Shown here piece after piece: positions 37,482 to 49,700 of a DNA stretch of 64,000 nucleotides (position 1 is the first letter of the stretch; each line of letters begins with the position of its first letter). The translations under genes were made by a program, and so were the position numbers. The stretch comes from Oikopleura dioica (Eukaryota > Animalia > Chordata), in assembly GCA_907165135.1 (NCBI GenBank), contig OU015566.1:13950001-14014000 (forward strand), in the 5' to 3' direction. The notes below the pieces were generated by a model. The model was not told the DNA's origin. It saw only the letters and a program-made list of their open reading frames with translations, and did not search any database.

Positions 37482-40037
37482 TTGAAAATCGTCTAAAATT
37501 TTTTAACTAGAATCTCACTAAACTGTCAATTCAGGCAGAACACACAGGCTTGAAGATATCTCTACACAATTTCTCAACGAAAACGAAAGAAGAAATGAGA
37601 GTCAACCCGCGAAAATCAATTCTTTAAATGCTCCAGTTTTCCCTTTTATGATTCATTCGCGAATCTCGAAACCTGAATTTCATAGAACCTTCCAGCCAAA
37701 TCTCGAAACTTTCGTGTCGAAAGACAGATAACCTTCGCTAACTTCATTTGACCTTACAAACTCGAAATTTTCCAATGTCTTCAAAACTTGTCACGCCAAA
37801 AAATATCCATCGCCGAGGTTTCTTCTTTTCCCTGCTTGTTGTCAAAAGCTCGATGTGGTGATTGAACATCAGATAAATCAAAGACCTCCAAAGACTGTTC
37901 TAAAGCGAGCGCGAACGGGTTCAAGGATGGAGCAAGAAAAACTCAAGAAAAGTAGCGGCTTTCTAAATCGCGGATCGAAAGAGCTTAGCCGCGTCATAAT
38001 AATCTATCCAGCTATTAACTTTAGTGTTGAACTGATTTTCATAAACAAAACTTTTTCTTAGTAACTTCGTTCTTTTTCTCGACCAATTTTTTGGCAACAG
38101 AGCATTTCAGATTCAAATATCTTGATAATCCGTTAGACCACAAAGTCGGTTCACCGCGAAAAATCTCCCCTGAAAAATGAATAAAATAATTTAAAATGAA
38201 TTTTTGCATTTTGCAAATTTGGAGTTCCAGGTCGGTTGAGTTGGAGTTTAGAGCGGAAATGCCAGGCTTTTTGCTCTTGCGGGAAGGTTTTTAGACAAGC
38301 TCTCACGAATGTAAATATTGATTGATCGGGGCTATCCGGAGTTGTTTCATTGATTCAGAATTTTCAATTTTGAGCTGGAAGCGTCAATATTTTAATTTCA
38401 AAAGAAAAATTATCAAAATAATAATTTGCAATTTTATTTTTCGAAAAAAACATCGAAAAGTCTTTCTTCTTTTTGAATTTTTGGAAATTCAAATGTCTAA
38501 ATGTCTAGCTAATTAAATCTAAAATTTATTTTTTCGCACGTTTTTGCGGAAAACAGGAGAACGTGCATCATCAAATCATTTCCCCCTTTGCGGGTTAATC
38601 CGGCTAAATGAATTTATTTGACTTTTTTCGCCGCCCGTTGATGACCCGCCGACCACGTCCGTTTTTGCGCAGCTCAACCCAAAATATTCGAAAATTACAT
38701 CTTCTTCCTCCTTCATTTACTGTTTTTGCGGCGCTTATGTTGCTAGATGTCTGGAAATGTCCTAATACATATGTATATCTCAAAATGTCCATTCAATATC
38801 CGTTATTTATGATTCTCTTGGCCGTTATAAAGGTCCCTAAATGTCATTCACATGGATAGATACAGTTATAACTCTAAATGTCAATAAATAAGGACAAATG
38901 TCCCTAAATGACCGTTGGATTTCTGATAGATCTTCAAATGTGACATTTGAAATGGCTTTAAATGTCGTTCAACTGAGCAGAAAACATCAACGATACATTT
39001 GATTTTTCCCAAATGTCTCTAGATGTCAATTGAGCTCAAAAAATGTCTTCGAATGTCCCCTGATGCTGTCAAAAGACTCCCTAGCTTCAGTCATTTCTTC
39101 CAATGTCCCTGGATGTCCCTGAATGTCTCTAAACTTAGAGAAACATCTTCAATGTCTAGGATTATTTTCTTAATCTCTAGATGTCTGTCGAGCCTCCGAA
39201 ATGTCGTTGAATGTCAAAATCATTGGAAAATGTCCGTTCATGTCTGTAAAACATTTTGTATCTTCATTTTGACTCATCAAAAGTACAGAAGTACCATCAT
39301 TTCTTTATACATTCAAAAAAGATTGTCTTCAAGCCACAAATCTGCTTTTGCTTTGTCGACAGGTTAAATCTTGATGTCGCGACACGAGTTAGCTTCGAAA
39401 TTGCGCACTGTTGTAAGTTGGTTTAGCTTAGAGCGATTGTGACAGAAGCTCAGAAATTCCAGCGCTAAAATATTTACGGAAGAGAAATGCGAGTTACGGG
39501 ATTTTTAGAAATCGCCGTCTCGAGAGAGAAAAAATGGAATAAAGTGGAGTCTACTCAATACGAAAAGCCACACCGTAATTGATTATGGCTTAATTAACCC
39601 TCGAATGGCAAGGCTTATCAATTTTTAGACGCGAGGGGAAATTCTAGCCTCAGCGAGAGTACTTTTCGTTAAAAAATAATTATGCAACGAATGTAATTTT
39701 GCTTCACGTGACCTTGAATTCGAAGAAATGAATTCGAAAGTGAACTGAGCGGCGCATTTTGCGGAACGGGCTGGGCCGACTCAAGTGCTCTTTGATGAGT
39801 TACCGCGGCTTGGAGAAATTAAGGCATTAGCGGAAAAAGCGATTTACGAAACGGGCGGGGTCACGAAATCGGAGTTCACGTAATTTTCAGAGAATATTTT
39901 GACGCTACGAATATCTTTCGCTACGTTGAGATTATTTGGAAGATTCTCTTCCTTGATTTCATTTTCAGAATAAAAAATAACTTCGGATAATTTCTTTGGA
40001 TTTGTGCTTGACTAACTTTGATTTATTTCTCTTAAAC

Positions 40038-42329
40038 TTATGTACAGTAAAATTCATCGACAGGGAATATTATCGGGCGATAAAATTCGTTTGAGTGGTT
40101 GTTGACGACTTTTGCCGAGGATATTTTTTCTTCATCCCATTCTAGTTTTTCCACGGCGTAACTTAGTTCAGTTATTTTGATTGATTCTTTATTAAAGATT
40201 CTTTATTATTTTAAAAATAACTTACGGTTCTTTTTTGCCGCTCACAAGATAAATCGTATTTCCAATTCGCGTTGCAGAAGAGTAAAAATGCTAAAATTCA
40301 AGCTTATTTCGCCTTGTTCAAGAAAGACTTCACATATTTATTTAGTTTGCCAACCACAGTCCATCTTGAGTCACGAAGTAGATAAACATCTTTTGAACTG
40401 TAATATTTATGATTTTGTTTGTATTCCCCTCCCAGGAGAAGATATCCGTCGAAAACTCCAATGCAGGAGTGAATATAAATTGCCCTTCAAATAATCAAAT
40501 AATCAAAATTAAAATCGATTTACTTTGGAAAATCTTCCATTTCCGTCCAAGAAACGCCACCGAATTTCTCCACTTTTTTGTAGCCGTCAGGAAGTCCGGA
40601 GCTGACTGCAACTGGTTGGTCCTTGTAAAGCGCCAAGCATGAACTTCTGTGCGAGAACTTCGTCGACTGTTTTATTGAAACAGCACTTCCATCGAATTCT
40701 TCGCAGTTTTTCCACTCATCATCATCCGGAAAGCAAATCATCGCTAGAATAAATTATCAACTGCAGCACATTTAATTGAAACAATTTTACCAGATTGCTG
40801 ATCAGCCGCCGTTACTACAGAAGAGCCCCAAGTATATTGATTGTTGAGTTTGACATCTAACTCCTTGATTTCACAGCCACTTATCATTCTTATCTAAGTG
40901 AATAAGCTATCATTTTTTGCTTTCTTACCCTGAGTCCATAGCCCCATCCTTCACCAAAAATATAGACTTTTCCTCGGATCAAAGCAGAGATTGCAGCGTA
41001 AAGGTAATGGAATTGATTATTCGACGAAGGGATCTTGATTGTCCGAGGATTCTCGCTTCCGTCAGGTTTAAGAACGTAGCTGAGAAACTCTGTTTGAGAC
41101 TCGTAGCCAGAAAGAACCATCAATGAATTCTTCTCCCGTCCAAAGCAGTTTTCGTTTTCGAACTTGAGTTTCTCAAGATCTCTTTCATAAAATGCTATTC
41201 GTGTTTCGATTGCTTCTTTCTCGTCTTCAGTCCGCTCAAGATCAATCGTCAAAGCCTTGTCATTTTAATAAAAAATAAGCTTAAATAAAAATACCTGAGT
41301 ATTTTTAAAGCATTGCGCCTTTTCTTCTTGAATTTCGTTTCTGCAATATTCGATTTCGCTTTGAAGATCAGAATTTCTAAGTGTCGCAGTTCATAAAAAA
41401 AGCAAACAAGGGTTTTCTGTTACCTGATTCTTTCAATGTCCAAATCTTCTTGAATCTCGCTTTTCTCCATTTTTGTTTCATCTAAATCTTCCTTGATTTC
41501 AGCCAAGGCAGTCTGCACTTCCTCTGTAGCTGTTTTCGATGTTCTTAGTTCTTCATTGGCAGCGATCAAATCTTCCTTCTCAGTTTGAAGCCTCTTTATT
41601 TCCGAATCTAGATTTTATAACACTCGATGAAAGATTTTCTCCAAAAATTACCTTTTTCTCGAAGCTTTTTCCACAAATTGTAATTTCTCGTATTCAGTCT
41701 AAATCAGAAATGTACATCAGAAATTCGGATAAATCGAAGTACCGTTTTTCCTCGCTAGAAAGTCTTTCATTCTCAGTTTTGAGATTCTGGGACTTTTGAT
41801 TGAGAATTTCAATTTCGTCTTTCAACTTCTGATTTTCGCGTTCAAGACCGTTCGTATGCTCTTTTAGATCGTCGACCATGATACTTTTTTTAAGTTAAGA
41901 AAACCAATATTTAGCCATAAGTTAAAACAAAACCATTTTTCTGAACCTTTCCGATATTGCTCGAGATCAAGGACCGTTCTCTCTGTACAGCGACTTCGGG
42001 ATTCGTCGTTTTGCCAGCAGGGACACATTTCCAGCTCACGCCGAAATTGATTCTGGCATTCGTCGACGCAATCAACGAAGATGCATTCTTTTAGGCAGCG
42101 CTTGAGTTCTTCCTCGGCCGCTTTTTTGCATTTCGCCGCCCTGTTTCTGGCAACTTTTGCCGGGCCTTTGCTGCTTTTGCAAAAAGCTGGGCATGAAAAT
42201 TCAAGGCTGCATATCTTTTTTCGGGTTTACGAATAAAAATGAGCAATCTTATATCAAAAAGAAGAAAGAAAAAACCCGTGCATTTGCAGCTGAAATCAGC
42301 TTCGTAAACAGTAAAAGAAAGTAGATCAT
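40038..42329 (-). CDS. Family K copy 3
   Basis: Collinear exons with K1/K2 (e.g. ORF pieces 40520-40741, 40890-41252, 41694-41879). Confidence 0.85.
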
Positions 42330-42843
42330 TTCTCTTTTGTTAATACTCTGGCTCTCGCTGCTGACTCTATAAGAAGAGTGAGTCACCTTCTGAGTAAATT
42401 TAATTGGAGTCTAAACAGGCGGGGTCAAGAATCAAGAGTTCACGTAAATTTCTTTATACCATCATTACTTTATACATTCAAAAAAGACTCTCTTCAAGCC
42501 ACAAATCTGCTTTTGCTTTGTCGACAGGTTAAATCTTGATGTCGCCACAGGAGTTAGCTTCGAAATTGCGCACTGTTGTAAGTTGGTTTAGCTTAGAGCG
42601 ATTGTGACAGAAGCTCAGAAATTCTAGCGCTAAAATATTTACGGAAGAGAAATGCGAGTTACGGCATTTTTAGAAATCGCCGTCTTGAGAGAAAAAAATG
42701 GAATCTACTCAATACGAAAAGCCACACCGTAATTGATTATGGCTTAATTAACACTCGACTGGCAATGCTTATCAATTTTTAGACGCGAGGGGGGAATTCT
42801 AGCCTCAGCGAGAGTACTTTTCGTTAAAAAATAATTATGCAAC

Positions 42844-43016
42844 CAGGGGTCTGGATTTTGGCCAAAAATGAAAAGCGAAAGCGAAGCGAAAGCGAAAATT
42901 TTTCAAAAATTTTAAGCGAAAGCGAAGCGAAGCGAATCAAAATTTCGTGAGCGAAGCGAAGTGAATTCGCTTCGCTTCGCTCATGAGCGAATTCGCAAAG
43001 CGAATCCAGACCCCTG
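42844..43016. mobile_element. 173-bp MITE with (AGCGA)n filling
   Basis: TIR CAGGGGTCTGGATT; flanking direct repeat ATGCAAC (7 bp) at 42837-42843 and 43017-43023; paralogous spacers read ..TATGCAACGAATG without the insert. Confidence 0.85.
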
Positions 43017-43351
43017 ATGCAACTAGTTAAAATATACTTCCCGTAATCGAAAATTTCAAGAAACAAGTTTGAAAGTGAACTTTTGTGGAACGGGCTGGGC
43101 GGATTCAAGTGCTCTTCGCGGCTTGGAGAAATTAAAGCATAAGCGGGAAAAGCGATTTACGAAACGGGCGGGGTCACGAAATCAGAGTTCACATGATTTT
43201 AACAGAAAATTTTAGGATCTTTCGCTACGTTAAGAATGATGGAAAATTCTCTTCCTTGATTTCACTTTCAGAACGAAAAGTCAAGATTAGAAACTTCCGA
43301 TAATATCTTGAAATTTGTTCTTTACTTAATTTGATTTATTTCTGTAAAAAC

Positions 43352-44632
43352 TTATGTACAGTAAAATTCATCGACAGGGAATATTATCGGCCTCCAAAAT
43401 GGATTTGAGTGGTTGTTGATGACTTTTGCCGAGGATATTTCTTCTCCATCCCATTCAAGTTTCTCCACGGCGTAACTAAGTTCAATTATTTTGATTGATT
43501 CTTTCAAAAAACTTACGGTTCTTTTTTGCCGCTCACAAGATAAATCGTGTTTCTGATTCGCGTTGCAGAAGAGTACCAATGCTAAAATTAAAGCTAATTT
43601 CGCCTTGTTTAATAAAGACCTAACATATTTATTGAGCTGGCCAACCACGGTCCATCTTGAGTCACGAAGTAGATAAACATCTTTTGAATTGTAATATTTG
43701 TCATTTTCTTCGTAATTACCTCCCAGGAGAAGATATCCGTCGAAAACTCCAATGCAGGAGTGTATGTAAATTGGCCTAAAATCATCATATAATAAAAATT
43801 AAAATCGATTTACTTTGGAAAATCTTCCATTTCCGTCCAAGAAACGCCATCGAATTTCTCCACTTTTTTGCGGCCCTCAGGAAGTCCGGAGCTGACTGCA
43901 ACTGGTTGGTCGTTGTAGAGCGCCAAGCATGAACTTCTGTGCGAGTATTTGGTCGAAGGTTTTATTGAAACAGCGCTTCCGTCGAATTCTTCGCATTTTT
44001 TGAACTTTTCATCATCCGGAAAGCAAATCATCGCTAGAATAAATGAACAACTGCAGCGCTTTCAATTGTAACAATTTCTTACCAGATTGTTGATCAGCCG
44101 CCGTTACTACAGAAGAGCCGAAGTAATATCGATTGTTGAGTTTGACATCTAACTCCTTGATTTCACAGCCACTTATCATTCTTATCTAAGTGAATTAGCT
44201 ATGATTTTAGTTATTTTCCGCACTTCTTACCCTGAGTCCATAGTCTGAGCCGCTTAGTTTACCAAAAATGAAGACTTTTCCGCGGATCATAGCGGAAATC
44301 GAAGCGTAAAGGAACTGAGAGCTATCAATTGAAGAAGGCATCTTGATTGTGCGAGGACTCTCGCTTCCGTCAGGTTTGAGCACGTAGCTTAGATACTCAG
44401 TTTTTGATCCATAACCAGTAAGAACCATCAAGGAATTCTTCTCCCGTCCGTAGCACTTTTCGCTTTCTGCTTTGACTTCGTCGATCTCTGTTAGTCTATA
44501 TGATAATTGTTTTTGGAGTTTTTCTTTTTCTTTTTGTGCTTCTTCAAGTTTTTCTTCCATCAATAAATTATTCTTTCTAAGCTCTTCGTTTTCTTGTTGA
44601 AGCCGGAGAATATCAACGAAACATTCAAAATG
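43352..44632 (-). CDS. Family K copy 4: propeller exons plus a short, divergent coiled coil; 5' end separated by a TTAA element
   Basis: Kelch-like exons collinear with K1; the upstream exon reads HFECFVDILRLQQENEEL..KCYGREKNS; no signal-peptide exon before 44641. Confidence 0.7.
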
Positions 44633-44640
44633 CTGTTTAA

Positions 44641-45315
44641 ACCCCCTGCCCCCATCAAGAATCGTGAAAATCGGGCTCTTTAGTGAACGTTTTTCTCAAG
44701 AACTACCTTGGGTAGACCCTTTATTTCAATTGCAAGCTCTTGTTTGAACCCTCGCCTGCAACCGCGTTCCTTAAGATGATCTTACGATCAACAACTTAAG
44801 GTTATACAGGCCCTTAAATATAAGGTTGTTAAGTGCAGGTTTTTTTCGGGTTTTAAAGTGGGGTATACCGTATACGGTATACCCTTAATTTTTTTTCAGG
44901 ATAAAGTTAAGGCCCTAAGCTACGACCGTTTGCTTTTTGAGAGTTTTTGGTCTACGAACTTAAGGAGGACAGCCCCTTTAAAATTTTAAAGTCGAATCTA
45001 AGTCGAATTTTCGGATATATATTTTCAGTAATTATTACCTAAATTGCGCTGAATTACGTTTTATACTCGTGTTTATGATAGTAATAGTTTTTATGGTTGG
45101 TATACCCTTAATTATCATTTAAATAGCGTAATAAAGATTTTTATGAAATGTACAATGTTAATTTCCAATTTTTGAAGCCAAATCCTGCCAAAATTTTCTA
45201 TAGGAGCAAAAAAAAAATTCTGAATAAAAGTTCTTCCTCGTGGTCTTAACTACCCAAAAAGGCAAAAAAATTTTGATAATTATGACTTTTTTCATCTTGA
45301 TGGGGAGGGGGTTCT
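44641..45315. mobile_element. TTAA-flanked non-autonomous element (Kolobok/piggyBac-like), about 675 bp
   Basis: Imperfect TIR (A)ACCCCCT..CCATCAAGA and TCTTGATGG..GGGGGTT; TTAA at 44637-44640 and 45316-45319; the two ends are not perfectly symmetric. Confidence 0.65.
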
Positions 45316-45353
45316 TTAACTGCACAAGCAGTTATCTGGCCAGCAAATTGTAT

Positions 45354-45674
45354 TCATCTTTTCTGATTTCTAGCAACAGTACCTGAAGCTGCAGCATTTG
45401 TGGAATTGTCCTGCGAATCCGAATGAGGACTCATTTTCGAAAGAATTAAAGGCGTAACGATTCCATGGATTGTCAAAAGAGCCACTGCGATCTTCAAAAC
45501 CAGCGAAAGACCTTTTACTTTATTCATGCACGATTTTTTATCCTTTTTATCCTTTTTGTCCTCCTTTTTTGTTTCGTTGTTGATTTGCTGATTAACGTTG
45601 ACGACGACATTCAACGGAACAGATGAAGGATCCTCTGAACTCTCTTGCTTTTTTAAACTTAATTTTTCCTTCAT
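45354..45674 (-). CDS. Single-pass membrane ORF (106 aa), possibly the 5' part of K4
   Basis: Charged N-terminus, hydrophobic IAVALLTIHGIVTPLIL, Ser/Thr/Ala stalk. Confidence 0.5.
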   Translation of the reverse strand: MKEKLSLKKQESSEDPSSVPLNVVVNVNQQINNETKKEDKKDKKDKKSCMNKVKGLSLVLKIAVALLTIHGIVTPLILSKMSPHSDSQDNSTNAAASGTVARNQKR

Positions 45675-46745
45675 TTCACGATTTTTTCGAGTATCTTTTT
45701 CTGCTAACCGGAGTTTACGGTGACTCGGCTATGATATTCTCAATTTGCAATTACAGTGAATATCATATTTACAGAATGAGCAATTTAGCGAAACGGCCCC
45801 ATTCGAGTGCCACCTCAATATTTTGGGAGATCTTGGATTTTTTGCAGAGAAATAATCGCATCTTTTGCTAGTTGGAGAATTTTTCAATAGTGTCTTCCTT
45901 GATTTCCTTGAAAAAGGGATAAAACTTGGAGAAAACTCTTCTCAGAAAAGCAAAAAATAAAGATAATTAATAGTTGAAAATAAGAATCAAAGTAAAAAAA
46001 TAAAATCAAAATGAACTTTTTGGAAACTTTGCAAAATCATACGCATCAACAAAGTGGCAATGAATATACCATGTAGATGAAGGTAAAGTCAGCTCTTTTT
46101 GAATAATCCAGCGACGATTTTACGGCTCATCTGGGTTTCGAAGAAATTCATCATTTTTAATAGAAGTTAGAAGTTAATAGAATAAGCCGGAATAAGCGGT
46201 TATTTTGTTCAACCACGATTTCAGCTAACTCGAGCCGCAGCTTATCAAAAATTAAATGCGGCCAGCAAAGAAAATAAATTAGAATAAAAAAAGTGTCGTC
46301 TTTCCACTTGATACAATGGCCTTGTGGATCCGGCCGATTTCTCGAGCGCGATGAATGATTCTTTCTGACGGAATTCTGCATAAAGCAGGTTTTACCTTTC
46401 GGTGAAAACAACGAAGAGAAAAATCATTTTTTCAGATGAAGGAGAGCCGAAGTTAATTTTGAGCAGAAGAAACGCGAGAAACTAGCAAACAAATTAATTG
46501 TACAGTTAACTTCTGGGAGAACGCCGCTTAAAAAAAGGAACAGCATATGAACTGTACATTATGAAAAATAAAAATTGTGAAAATAAAAGCTCAACTTATT
46601 CCAAGGCAAAGAAAAAGCTCTGACATTAAGAAAAAGAGCACGAACGGAGAGTAAACTTTCCAGCTGTCAGACAAGCAACATTCGAAGTCTTTTCGCACTT
46701 TTTTCCATAATACCGTAGTTTTTTCTCTCTCAGAGATCACTCGCC

Positions 46746-49700
46746 ATGGTTTTTGAAGAAGAAAATGAAGGAATTGAAAATGCGATTTTCAAAACAAAAA
46801 TCACGGTAATTTTTATCTTTATTTGTGATCATCTGATAGGGATGATACTGTTCAGCTAAAAAGTTTAATGGGCATTACAGCCAGCTCAATCATCTTACTA
46901 AAAATAAATTTCAAAAATAGTGCCTCGACTGTGACTGCATCGGGACCCTGAGAAAAAAGGGCAAGACGGTTTATCTTTTTCCGGAAGAAATTCTGACAAT
47001 CCGAAGCATTCGCACTCAAGAATATGATATCAAGAAGAAGGAGAAAACATGGAAAAAAAAGGTCACTGCGAAAGTGAGCTTGGCGAAACACGGGAACGCC
47101 ACCGATCCACAGCAGTTCAGCTATTTGACTCTTGGCACCATTTTCTGGGTCACTGTTATGCTCATAGGTACCCTCTCGAGTAATTAAATTAATAATTAAA
47201 TATCTAATTTCGCAAGCAAACTTCGCCTCTTTGGAAAAATCCCGCGGCGTTACGACTTTTCTGACGTCGAGCTGTCACCGAAACTACAAGAAATGCGTTA
47301 AAATCTCGACAATGGACTTTTGCGGCCATCTAATGAAGCAATGCCGTGACACCAAGGAGTTTATCCTTCCTGAGCCGGTTTCGAAGGTCGAGCCTGTCAA
47401 AGCGGCGCCGCTTGTTTTTTCACAGGCAGAAAACGAAGTGAATCTCCGCCGCTGCCAGAAGAAACGCTTTTACGACCAGAAAGTCTGCCGCCATCTCTGC
47501 TCGAACACGCTGGTTTTGAAATCAACGAGGACCAACCCAATCACGCCCTGCGAGTCAATCTGCTTTGGGCTGACTAGAAGTTTCGATTCCGCCGGAGAAG
47601 TTTGCCCATTTCAGAAGTACTGTTCCAAAGGTTGTCCGTGTCCTCATTACGAATGCGAGAAGTTGGAGTCGCCTCAAAAATTTGTTCCAGTTTTTGATCT
47701 CCGAAAATCTGAAAATAGTTTAAACTTGTCAGAGCCTATCTTTAACATATCATCTACAACCCAGTTGACATCAACTGAGTCAACTTCGACGACTTGGTCA
47801 ACAATGTCGTCTTCACCGCAGTCATTATCCACTTGGTCAACTCCACCAAGAACAACATTAACATCTCCAATAACAACTTCAACTCCGTCAACGATGTCTT
47901 GGATCAACTCAACTACCCAATCAAATGGAACAGAAAGTGAACCTGAAGAACAAAAATTTGCGATTTTATTGGCCGATTTTTATGAAAGAAATCAATCAAA
48001 AACGACAAATGCCTCAGATTTTTTGTTTTCTTATGAACGGTTTTGATCAATCTAAAAGAATGTCATCAAAGCTAAATTGTGTTAGCATTCAAAAGTCTCC
48101 CGGTAAAAATCCTTCAAACCAAAAAAGTCGACCGGTACTACTTTTCTCAACGGTGAGCATTACTTGATCGATGCCTTTGGAAACTTGTTGAAAATGAAAG
48201 AAAATGGCGATGCCCCGATTTACGTTCCGAATCGACGAAAAGATTTGTACGCATTTCATTTATATATTCTTTAAAGATCAAAGTTTGGATCGCGACAAAA
48301 GCCAAGTCTTTTGTTTGGCATAAAATTGTGTCGCCAAGGCGCCTATAATGTTTCGTTTTAAAGAGGCCGCTTCGTTTTCCACTTTGGATCGTCGATTGGA
48401 ACTCACCATATTGAGATTCGCCTTAAAGACAGAGATCGAAAGATCTTCCCCGTCGTTGTTATCTGAAAACGGTCGAAAATCAGATGAACACTAAAAAGAT
48501 TATTTGATAGGTCAAGAATGCCTCCACCCTGTTGTGGTCCTGTTCTACTCTCTAGTCCTACTGTAGCCTCTTGATAACACGGAAAAGGGTAGTTTAGGTT
48601 TTGTATTCCAGTTAGGTGAACACTGACTTTACACTTGATTTAGTATGAGTTGCACAGACTGAACGCAGTGGAAAAGCGGCGGGCGACTTTAGATCTCAAT
48701 CAGATTCAACGGCTTCTTTCTGACCTAACAGCTCCTCAGTCTTCGAAGTCTTCTGACGATTGAAGACTCTTGAATTCAAGAAAGAAGTGTAGAGATGATT
48801 CAGCGGAAGATGTCCAACAGGAGAAGAGATGAAAGCAGGGTTGAGCCAAGCATCTCAATTTGCGATTGGCGTTGAGAAGATCGAACCAAGCGAGAATCAA
48901 ATATGCAGTCAATTGGCCCAACAAGAAGATTAACCTTGGTTGGGCACTCATGTTTTGGAACGATGAGTGGCGCGTTAGCAACTTGGTTTGAGCATTGTTC
49001 CAGTTGGCAATTTTCGGCAAGGCATGAATTTGTAAGAAGGTTCTAGATGAAGCAGACGGGCGGTTCCGCATCGAGATAAGTACAGTGAAATTCTGATTAT
49101 CGTAGCAATTGAATTCTCGCTATTTTTGGACCAGTGTGCGTACAAAAATTTTGGTGAACTGAAGCTCTTTTGAGCCAGAGGCGCTGAGGCGTAGCTTAAA
49201 AGAACATCAGAAGCAGCATGGTCGAGCAGTTCGCTGTAGCTATCTTTAGATGAATAAGACGAGTCAGCACTTGCATCAGCTGGCTTTCGCTCGGATTCCT
49301 GTGTTGAAGTAGGGTCGACGGCGTGTCTGTTATGCGACTTTTGAAGAGATTCTAGATCTGGCGAGTTCAACGGAAAGTGCGTGTGAATCGCGACCAAAAC
49401 TTGGAGTGTGGTGTCTGTTTGAGCATCAAGAAGCAGTCATTTCTCCAAAATGCTACTGGCCAAAGACATCTTCGCGGCAACAGCAAAAATTTAATCTGTT
49501 TCTCAGCAGTTGTAGATTTTTAGACGTTCATCGTGGTTGAGAGTCTCAACTTGAGACAAGCCTCACTTACAGATTCATGATCGCTTGCATTGATGGTGCG
49601 AAGAATCAGCCGATTCACTCTCGCGCCAATCTCGGCGGGAAAGGAGAAGGAGAATTCGCGGGAGACGATGAAGTCGAGAAGGTCCGATTGAAGTCGACAA

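Larger units (their letters stand above)
20150..44640. repeat. Tandem segmental array of K and P genes with shared spacers
   Basis: Near-identical blocks recur, e.g. MICFP..VEKFDG exons at 27.6k, 33.7k, 40.6k and 43.9k, and P exons at 21k, 30.5k and 36.5k. Confidence 0.95.

Noticed and set aside
48536-48728. Hammerhead ribozyme in the terminal repeat (expected in many Penelope pLTRs)
   Set aside because: No intact CTGANGA..GAAA core was found on either strand in any of the four copies; only near-misses such as CTGATTGA and CTGATAGA.
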